Shown here: in pieces, positions 53,817 through 64,000 of the stretch
How the letters are laid out: every line of letters begins with the position of its first letter
How positions within the stretch are numbered: the first letter of the stretch is position 1
Position numbers and translations under genes: made by a program
The notes under the pieces: generated by a model
Told to the model about the DNA's origin: nothing
What the model saw: only the letters and a program-made list of their open reading frames with translations
The model's database searches: none
From: Eledone cirrhosa
Lineage: Eukaryota
Length of the DNA stretch: 64,000 nucleotides
Assembly: GCA_964016885.1 (NCBI GenBank)
Contig: OZ024749.1
Span: forward strand, 55,986,001-56,050,000
Reading direction: 5' to 3'

Positions 53817-54317
53817 TTACCTCTCTGCGTCCCGGGTATCGGGCTGCACAATTTCCATTAGGGTGGGGGATGGGTTGTTGGGTGGGGTGGTGGTTTGTGG
53901 AAGTGTGGGGGCATCAGTGTGTTGTGTGGTTGGGGAGCTTGGAGTTGTGAGGGTGTTTGGGGAGGGGGTGGGATAGTTTTTTAGGAGGACTCGGTTAATG
54001 GGCCCGACGCAGGGGGGACCCACGTCCTCTTTAAAATTGTTTTTTAAAGTTTTATAGGTGTCCTGTGGGGCCTTAATCATTTTGAGGTGGGGGAAATCCC
54101 CTGCCTGGGTGAAGTTAGGGCCCTTGTGTTTTTATTAGATTGTTGTTGTACACAATGTTTAACAGTTTTTTGTTTCTTGTATTTATGTATGTGTTATGCA
54201 TGTTTTTGTTTTTGTGTGGTGTTTTTTGTTTGCTGTTGTGAGCTCTTTTGTGTTGGTGTCAGTGTTATGTTTTGGGGAGGGGTTTTTTTCATTTGTGTGT
54301 CTGAGGTGTGTTTTCTT
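53817..54317 (-). pseudogene. Probable C-terminal remnant of LINE ORF1
   Basis: T/P/K/N-rich reading frame whose stop lies 24 nt upstream of the ORF2 ATG. The frame is broken near 54135 and truncated at the GATA junction. No diagnostic domain is visible. Confidence 0.5.
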
Positions 54318-54440
54318 ATAGATGGATAGATAGATAGTTAGATAGATGAATGGATAGATAGATAGATAGGTAGTTAGATAGTTAGATAGATAGATAGATA
54401 GATAGTTAGATGGATAGTTAGATGGATAGTTAGATAGATG
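54318..54440. repeat. (GATA/GATG/GTTA)n tract, 5' flank of the LINE
   Basis: Same unit mix as 49623-49976. Confidence 0.95.
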
Positions 54441-54602
54441 GGTGGATTTATACATTAATAGATTAAGTTTATTGAAAGGATAGATAGATAAATGTTTTAT
54501 TAAAACAATGTGACCAAACAAAGGCGTTGTGTCTTTGTTACACATACACAGATATATAGACCACCCCACATATATATATATATATATATGTGTGTATATA
54601 TA

Positions 54603-54634
<32 letters not shown>

Positions 54635-54645
54635 GTATATATATG

Positions 54646-54678
<33 letters not shown>

Positions 54679-54773
54679 GTATATATATATGTATATATAT
54701 ATGTATATATATGTGTATATATATATGTATATATATTATATATGTTATATATATGTATATATATATGTATATA

Positions 54774-54858
<85 letters not shown>

Positions 54859-54961
54859 GTATATATATGTATATATATATGTATATATATATGTATATAT
54901 ATGTATATATATATGTATATATATGTATATATATATGTATATATATATATATGTATATATG

Positions 54962-55089
<128 letters not shown>

Positions 55090-55187
55090 AGCTCCGACCA
55101 ATATATGAATAAATAAAATCTTGAAACAAACATTTTCCTCTCGTATCTGTTCACTCTTAGACACTAGCAGCATCACACACGCATGTA

Positions 55188-55790
55188 TATCTCTCTCCTC
55201 TCTCCCTCCCCTCTTCCCCCTCTCCCTCCTCTCTCCCCCTCTCCCTCCCCCCTCCCCCCCTCTCCCTCCTCTTTCCCCCTCTCTCTCCCTCACCCTCCTC
55301 TTTCCCTCTCTCTCCCTCACCCTCCTCTTTCCTCTCTCTCCCTCACCCTCCTCTTTCCCTCTCTCTCCCCCACCCTCCTCTTTCCCTCTCTCTCCCCACC
55401 CTCCTCTTCCCTCTCTCTCACCCTCTCTCACCCCCTCACCCCTCACCCCCTCTCTCTCTCTCATCTCTCATCTCCCCTCTCTCTCTCTCTCATCTCCCTC
55501 TCTTCTCTCTCTCATCTCCCCCTCTCTCTCTCTTCTCCCCTCTCTCTCTCTTTTCTCCCCTCTCCTTCTCTCTCTCTCTCTCTCTTTTCTCCCCCCTCCC
55601 TCTCCTCTCTCCTTCTCTCCCTCTCTCCCTCTCTCCTTCTCTCCCTCTCTCCCTCTCTCCTTCTCTCCCTCTCTCCTTCTCTCTCTCTCCTTCTCTCTCT
55701 CTCTCCCTCTCTCTCCTTCTCTCTCTCTCTCCCTCTCTCTCCTTCTCTCTCTCTCCCTCTCTCCTTCTCTCTCTCTCCTTCTCTCTCTCT

Positions 55791-55825
<35 letters not shown>

Positions 55826-55882
55826 TCTCTCTCTCTCTCCTTCTCTCTCTCTCTCTCTCTCTCTCTCCTTCTCTCTCTCTCT

Positions 55883-55939
<57 letters not shown>

Positions 55940-55980
55940 TCTCTCTCTCCTTCTCTCTCTCTCTCTCCCTCCTTCTCTCT
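55188..55980. repeat. Polypyrimidine (CT)n/(CCT)n tract
   Basis: Directly visible. Confidence 0.95.
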
Positions 55981-56577
55981 ATATATTTAATATAGAAGTA
56001 GCTTCTACATATATAAGGCGACTACATATACAAATATATATTTCTTTATAAATATTGAGAGACAAAGAGAGATTGCTTAAGACGTAGAGATGACCTATGG
56101 CTAGTTAAATATAGGAAGTTGTCGAGCCAACAATCCTGGAGTTTCTCTACTTAATTAGGGGTCATTTAGAGGTAGGTAAACAAAAGGAGAAATACAGGAG
56201 ATTGTTTTGTCTTTGTTTTAAAATGTATAGGAGGACACACAAATAGCAGGACACAAACACACATATATATATATACATATCATACATATTTTATGAGTCC
56301 ACGCGCATGTACACACACATATATTTATACACACACATATATTTATACACACACACACACACACACGCATATATATATATATATAATGCTTATTTAAAAT
56401 AGAATTTATACATAGTCCTATTATTTTACCCTTCATTCATCAATAGACTTGGATGATATGTGTGTGTGTATGTATGTGTGTGTGTGTGTGTGTGTGTGGA
56501 AAAATGACGTAAAATCTATTATATATATATAAAATTAAAAAGTGGAGTTAAAGACTCACATTAATCCCCTATAATTT

Positions 56578-56762
56578 AATTGTTTCTACTTATGGCACAA
56601 GGCCAGCAATTACCCAGTACATTACTGGTACTTTATTTTATCGACCCCGTAAGGATGAAAGGCAAAGTTAACCTCGGCGGGATTTGAACTCTGTCCGTAA
56701 AGGGACGTAACTGTGCTTCACAGCATGGCGTCCGTCTCTCTACCGATACTGGCAATCCACTG
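56578..56762 (-). mobile_element. tRNA-derived SINE, family A
   Basis: Full-length reverse match to 26662-26853. Confidence 0.9.
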
Positions 56763-57146
56763 AACTCAAGGAATAGATTCCGGGCTCTTTATATATCAAC
56801 ATACAGAGAGAGGTACACATAGAGATATGTATTGTTGATCCCTATGATTAAACTAATATCTCTATGTATACCTCTCTCTATAGCATATATTGAATGTCAC
56901 CAGCAAACAGCAGATACATTATCTCTTTGATAAATCTTCATCACTTTTCTGTTGCTTTTATCTCTGTAGTCAATTGACACAGGATGCTGTTGTGATCTTA
57001 AACAGGACACACCTCATACAGTGTTCAATGTCATTGTTGAATAAGATAACACAAAGATAAATTAATTCAAAAGTGATTCTATGACTCATAACGACAAAGA
57101 CATGTGTTAGGTTTACAATATGGTGGCAGCGGTTGATCTTATTAAA

Positions 57147-57246
57147 AGCTGAGATTGTTGGGCTCACAATCCCGAGGTTGCGAGTTCGACTCCTAGACAC
57201 AGCATTACGTTGTCTATTCGTGTAAGACACTTTACTTAACGTTGCT
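57147..57246 (+). mobile_element. Diverged SINE head (family B-like)
   Basis: CACAATCCCGAGGTTGCGAGTTCGACTCC...TAAGACACTTTACTTAACGTTGCT. Confidence 0.6.
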
Positions 57247-58532
57247 TTAATTCTCTCAGAAAGAAATATTAAGTTGCGACATCACTTGTGCTAGGCTGTA
57301 TCGACTTTCGCCTTTCCTCTTGGACAACATCTGTGTCAAGAGAGGAGGGTGATTAATATGCGTGGTAGATAATGTAGGATTTGAAGGAAAATTGGTTGTT
57401 ATTTCTAGACTACACAAATGCCCACTCATACATACAAACAACAATGAAATACATTTTTCATATCTGTGTTCTTTTTTAACTTTAATCAATTTTCCATCTT
57501 CAACAACACAAGATCCTTGTTTAATATTAAATTCGTAGAAAACATGAAATGAAGAACCTAGCAAATAATTAATGTTATTTTCCTTTTTGTAGTTTTACTC
57601 AAATAAATAATAACTAACACGACTAACAATCAAAGTTATGAATAAACAAATACATGAACAGTAACAAAGAACATGGTGTAGAAAATACATCTAAATTTTT
57701 TATTCAAATAAATTTGACGTTCATTTAAGAATCTACAACGGACTTCAAATTGTTTCGTAGTTATATTTTTTTTAACAAGAAACTAAACAAGTATCAGCGA
57801 CAAGGGACTTGATGTAAGAAATATTTCTCATTTATATCTTCTCTTTATTCAAATATTTTCCTTTAAATATTAAACATTTTTTTTTATTTGTAAAGAAGCA
57901 GACGACTATCGTGATAGCTTGTGTTCAATACAATAAATTTCTGATTGTTTCATCTCCTTCTTCTCTTTATCGAATTTCTACTTCTAAATTCAAATTTATC
58001 ACATTTAACCAACCATTGAAAAATCAATCGAGAGATTTGATTAAATATTAGCCGATAATTAACTCATAATTTATAATTGGTTGTAATTATTTATTACCTG
58101 TAAATGGTTATGGATTGGACTTTTAGTCAAATAGCCAAATTGTCACCTGGCTGCAGAGATTCACTAAATTAATTCTTAAGAATTATATATATAGTATAAT
58201 ATATTATATTATATCATAGTATATTATAGTATATATGTATATAATGAATAAAATAAGCAGTGTTTAATTACATTATTTAGTATATTTACGAACGTTTCTT
58301 TCAAATACAGAAGGAAGTACCATTTTATATCTCTCTATTGATTTCCTCAGAATCATTAAATAATACTAAAATATAATTATATACAACTAGCATGTCCGAA
58401 AATCTTTAACGCCGCCAGGACATCGTTAAAACCCAGCGAAGACTAATCTACCTTATTAGTTTGAATACTAGAAGGGTAATTGAGAACAATTATTGTTGTC
58501 AAAAAGTAAAAACTATTTTCGTGACATGAGAA

Positions 58533-58612
58533 CGACTCGAACTCTCATCGACTCGAACTCTCATCGTCTCGAACTCTCATCGTCTCGAACTCTCATCGTC
58601 TCGAACTCTCAT
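58533..58612. repeat. 16-bp tandem repeat, 5 copies (CG(A/T)CTCGAACTCTCAT)
   Basis: Directly visible. Confidence 0.93.
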
Positions 58613-58726
58613 GTTTGAGAAGTTGATATTGTGGTTTAACTTAATACTGAAATGTGTTAAATATGTTGGTAATTATTGATGAAGCGAGTAAGACGGTGAA
58701 TTGACAGTATCGGAATTGTATGTGTG

Positions 58727-58869
<143 letters not shown>

Positions 58870-58885
58870 TGTATGGCTGTGTGTG

Positions 58886-58917
<32 letters not shown>

Positions 58918-58951
58918 TGTATGTATGTGTATATATATATATATATATATA

Positions 58952-59052
58952 CTGGGTGTCCCCCCAAAATGTATACACACTTTGATTACAAGTACAGGCA
59001 ATATTTATTATAATGCGGTTGAAGTGTGTATACATCTTTTGGGAACACCCTG
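58952..59052. mobile_element. MITE (CAGGGTG-terminal family), 101 bp, TA-flanked
   Basis: TA-CTGGGTGTCCCCCCAAAATGTATACACACTT ... AAGTGTGTATACATCTTTTGGGAACACCCTG-TA; ~30-bp imperfect TIRs. Confidence 0.8.
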
Positions 59053-59062
59053 TATATATATG

Positions 59063-59095
<33 letters not shown>

Positions 59096-59747
59096 GTATT
59101 CTTCTCTAGGTATATGTGCAAAATATATAACATCTACACTTGCATCAGGTGAGTTGGTGCTGGTGCGGCTATCAATTCACACACACACACACTCATATAT
59201 ACACACACACAGATGCATACACTTATACACACATACACGATGATGATGAAGAAACAGAAATGAAGGAAGGAGGTGTCTGTGTATATATATATATGTGTGT
59301 GTGTGTGTGTATATATATATGTGTATACATGTGTGTGTTTAAAGAGAGAACAGTGTGCAAAGGGTTTAAGTCAACATTTCGGAAGAGATGAAAGATGGTA
59401 TAAACAGCCCCCCCCCCCCCATCAACAACCTCGACATGAACAATAACAATAACAACAACATCAACAATGAAAGGAAGGCCTTTTGATATGTTGTCTACTT
59501 GAACTGAAATACTTGGTGCCTGTCCTGACCTATATCTCAGTTGGCTCCTACGTGATGGCGAAATAATTATTATAATGTTGAACTACTGCTGCTCCTGCTA
59601 CTACTGCTACTACTGCCACTACTGCTACTGCTACTATTACTAAGTACACCAGATTTCTTCCAGAGAAAGATAGAAAATGAGAGAGAGAGAGAGAGGGTAG
59701 TGGGTGGGTGGGTGGGTGGAAATGAGATAAAGAGACGCAGAGGAAAA

Positions 59748-59905
59748 AATCGAACCCAGTACTAGACTGGTACCTTTTTATCGACCTTGAAAGGGTGAAA
59801 GACAAAGTTGATCTAGGCGGGATTTGAACTCTGAGAGAACAGAGAGCCCAGAACGAATACCATAAAACATTCTATCTGACGTTCTAACGACTCTGCCAAT
59901 TCGCT
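59748..59905 (-). mobile_element. tRNA-derived SINE, family A
   Basis: ACTGGTACC..TTTATCGACC..GGCGGGATTTGAACTC..CTGCCAATTCGC. Confidence 0.8.
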
Positions 59906-59910
59906 CCATG

Positions 59911-60464
59911 GTCAGGACATAGTCAGGACATAGTCAAGACATAGTCAGGACATAGGACATAGTCAGAACATAGGACATAGTCAGAACATAGGACATAGTC
60001 AGAACATAGGACATAGTCAGAACATAGGACATAGTCAGGACATAGGACATAGTCAGGACATAGGACATAGTCAGGACATAGGACATAGTCAGCACATAGG
60101 ACATAATCAGGACATAGTCAGGACATAGTCAGGACATAGGACATAGTCAGGACATAGGACATAGTCAGCACATAGGACATAGTCAGGACATAGGACATAG
60201 TCAGGACATAGGACATAGTCAGGACATAGGACATAGGACATAATCAGGATATAGGACATAATCAGAACATAGGACATAATCAGGACATAGGACATAGTCA
60301 GGACATAGGACATAGTCAGGACATAGTCAGAACATAGTCAGAACATAGTCAGAACATAGGACATAGTCAGGACATAGTCAGAACATAGGACACAGTCAGG
60401 ACATAGGACACAGTCAGGACATAGTCAGCACATAGGACACAGTCAGGACATAGTCAGGACATAG
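59911..60464. repeat. Modular minisatellite of 11-bp (GTCAGGACATA) and 7-bp (GGACATA) units
   Basis: Directly visible; mostly an 18-bp period with 11-bp runs. Confidence 0.95.
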
Positions 60465-60530
60465 AAGGTGACATTAGAACCCACTAAGCCAAACACCAGA
60501 TTTAGAAGTAAATTTGGATTTAACCCTAAT

Positions 60531-60748
60531 ATTGGTTTCTTATATAGGCACAAGGCCAGCAATTTTGGGGCAGGGGAAAGTCGATTAAATCGACCTCAGT
60601 GCGTGACTGGTACTTTATTTTATCGACCCCGTAAGGATGAAAGGCAGAGTTAACCTCGGCGGGATTTGAACTCTGATCGCAAAGGGCCGTAACTCTATGC
60701 CGCAAAGCATGGCGTCCGACCCTCTACTGATACTGCTAATCCACCGCC
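60531..60748 (-). mobile_element. tRNA-derived SINE, family A, longest copy
   Basis: Reverse match to 26662-26853 with an additional GTCGATTAAATCGAC segment also seen at 32178. Confidence 0.9.
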
Positions 60749-60818
60749 CTATTATTGATAACACTGGCAGTGGATTGTAATATGAAGGACGGTTTCATAT
60801 TTGACAAAGATTATCTAC

Positions 60819-61365
60819 TGGTGGTGGTGGTAGTGGTGGTGGTGGTGTTGGTGGTGGTAGTAGTGGTGGTGGTGGTAGTGGTGGTGGTGGTGGTGTTGGT
60901 AGTAGTGGTGGTGGTGGTGGTGGTGTTGGTGGTGGTAGTAGTGGTGGTGGTGGTGGTAGTGGTAGTGGTGGTGGTGGTGGTGGTAGTGGTGGTGGTGGTG
61001 GTGGTGGTGTTGGTGGTGGTGGTGGTGGTGTTGGTGGTGGTAGTAGTGGTGGTGGTGGTGGTAGTGGTGGTGGTGGTGGTGGTGGTGGTGGTGGTGGTGG
61101 TGGTGTTGGTGGTGGTAGTAGTGGTGGTGGTGGTGGTGGTGGTGGTGGTGGTGGTGGTGGTGGTGGTGTTGGTAGTAGTGGTGGTGGTGGTGTTGGTGGT
61201 GGTGGTGGTGGTGGTGGTAGTGGTAGTGATGGTGGTGGTGGTGGTAGTAGTGGTGGTGGTGGTGGTGTTGGTAGTGGTGGTGGTGGTGGTGGTGTTGGTA
61301 GTAGTGGTGGTGGTGTTGGTAGTAGTGGTGGTGGTGGTGTAGGTAGTTGTAGTAGTGGTGGTAGT
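60819..61365. repeat. (GGT)n trinucleotide array
   Basis: Directly visible. Confidence 0.97.
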
Positions 61366-62067
61366 GTTGACTTTGATAACTTTAGAGTTCTGTTATTGAT
61401 GTTGATGGCAGTCACATTAGTAATACTATTATAGTAGTAGTAGCAGTAATAGTATTGATAGCAGTAATAGTATTGATAGCAGTAATAGTAGTGGTAGCAG
61501 TAATAGTAGTGGTAGTAGTGGTGGTAGTGGTAGTAGTAGTAGTAGTAGTAGTAGCGGTAATTATTAGTGACACACATAAATACACTAAATATTTGGTTTT
61601 AATCAAGATTCAATGACTAAATATAAACGGTGGCGGCGGTGGTGGTGGTGGTGGTGGTGGTGTGGGTGGTGTGATTGGTGATGGAGTTAGTGGTCTTGAT
61701 GTTGACGGCCCTAGTGGTGGTATGAGTGTTGGAGGTGGTGGTATTGGTAATAGTTGTGGTGGTGGTGTCATTGGTGATGTTGTGGTGGTGGTGTCATTGG
61801 TGATGTTGTGGTGGTGGTGTGGCAGTAGTAGGGAAGATAATGAGATGAGTCAACAATGCCGAATCGGAGGAAGTTTGTGGTGGTGGATGGGGTGGGGGGA
61901 TGTGTAACAATGGTGTGTGTATATGTATGTTTGTGTAGATGTGTGTGTGTCTTACTAATTGTATGCGGTGTATATATGTGTAGGTATGTATATATATATG
62001 TGTGTATGTACGTATGTTTGTGCAGATGTTTGTGTTCCTAAGTGTATGTATTTCAATAGTGTGTGTG

Positions 62068-62100
<33 letters not shown>

Positions 62101-62457
62101 ACGTATGCTTGTGTATCTATGTATTTGCGTATGTTTATGTGCATGTGTGTATATATATGTATATTTACGTGTAGATGTGTGTATGTATGTGTGTGGTGTG
62201 TGTGTGTATGTACGTATGTATAGATGTATGTATGCGTGTGTGTGTATGTGTGTGTGCATGTGTGTGTGCATGTGTGTATGTGTATGTATGTGTATAAGTG
62301 GTTTGTGGAGTTAAAGAGATATGGTGAGGTCAGTGAATTGATTAAGTTTGGTGGACTCTCAAGACCACCACTTTGGACTGTCAGAGAGGAGAACTTTGAC
62401 CTCACCACCACCCACCACCACACCAGCACCACCACCACCAGCACCACCACCACCAGC

Positions 62458-62488
<31 letters not shown>

Positions 62489-62795
62489 CTACTACTACAC
62501 CACCAGCTAACTCTTCACACCATACCACGGCACTATTACACAATATGACCAACATTGGACAAGTTAAGTTTAGTGATAATAGCCCCATCATCGTCACAGC
62601 CCCAGTAACAGCATCATCATCATCACAGCATCAGTAGCATCATCTTAATCAACACCACCACCACCATCAACATCATCAACATGGTGTATACACTCTACTA
62701 ATATCTCTGTAATATCTCTACTAATATGACAGTACCTTACTGTGGTTACTCCCGATTGAACCCGGGACTCACAATTAGTAGAACGTATTTTGTCA

Positions 62796-62883
<88 letters not shown>

Positions 62884-63169
62884 TCTCATACATACATACA
62901 CACACACATACGCACATACACACATACGTACATACACACATACATGCATACATATATATTTGCATATGTGTATGCAGATTCCTATGCAATCTGATACACA
63001 TGATAAATGCACTGATAGATTAAAAACACCCCCACACCCAAACAGTCATATACATATACATATATATATACATACATACATACATATACATATATATATA
63101 CATACATATACATACATATATATATATACATACATATACATATATATATACATATACATATATATATAC

Positions 63170-63350
<181 letters not shown>

Positions 63351-63359
63351 CATATATAC

Positions 63360-63412
<53 letters not shown>

Positions 63413-63415
63413 CAT

Positions 63416-63533
<118 letters not shown>

Positions 63534-63687
63534 CATACATATATACACATATATATATATATATATATACATATATACACATATACATATATATATATAT
63601 ACATATATACACATATACATATATACATACATATATATATACATATATCATTTTACATTCACTTTCTATACTGGGCTGGGCACATAG

Positions 63688-63747
<60 letters not shown>

Positions 63748-64000
63748 GTGGGTGTGTGTGTATGTGTATATACATACATACATATATATATTTATATATA
63801 TATAATTTTACATTCATTTTCTATACTGGCCTGGGTATGTAAATATATATATATGTGTGTATCTATGTATATATATGTGTGTATCTATGTATATATATAT
63901 ATATATATATATACAACATATCACCTTATCACATCATATCAACCATTTCTATATTTTTCCGAAATGAAGCAATAAATTTCTGTTTAGCCATTCTTATGAC

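Larger units (their letters stand above)
50092..54317 (-). mobile_element. 5'-truncated L1/Tx1-type non-LTR retrotransposon (~4.2 kb) inserted in a GATA microsatellite
   Basis: ORF1-like tail, intact ORF2 and a ~260-nt 3' UTR ending GGCAAATAAAAGAAAT. GC-rich relative to the flanks, with sharp junctions to (TCTA/TCCA)n at both ends. Confidence 0.93.

Noticed and set aside
50436-53976. Plus-strand ORFs overlapping the LINE
   Set aside because: They are antisense shadows of a GC-rich coding sequence with no recognisable motifs.

Overview
Eukaryotic, AT-rich, extremely repeat-dense genomic DNA with no supportable host protein-coding gene. The mix of microsatellites, tRNA-derived SINEs and RTE/Penelope fragments resembles an octopus/cephalopod genome (inference from recalled repeat families). 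Almost all ORFs in the supplied track are translations of (TA)n, (CA)n, (CT)n and (ACC)n microsatellites. The one intact coding sequence is a ~1145-aa endonuclease/reverse-transcriptase ORF2 of a 5'-truncated L1/Tx1-type LINE (minus strand, 50355-53792). It lies inside the window's only long (GATA/GATG)n tract, next to a second, diverged 3'-end fragment of the same family, which suggests a microsatellite-targeting retrotransposon. Other features: several hammerhead-ribozyme motifs of the Penelope-like-element type, a Penelope GIY-YIG fragment, RTE fragments with C-terminal C2H2 fingers and a covarying 3' stem-loop, a decayed IS630/Tc1/mariner transposase with long D-E spacing, a small TA-flanked MITE family, two SINE families, recurrent fold-back inverted duplications, and several minisatellites, one built from a SINE head. 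All calls are from reading by eye; boundaries of decayed repeats are approximate.
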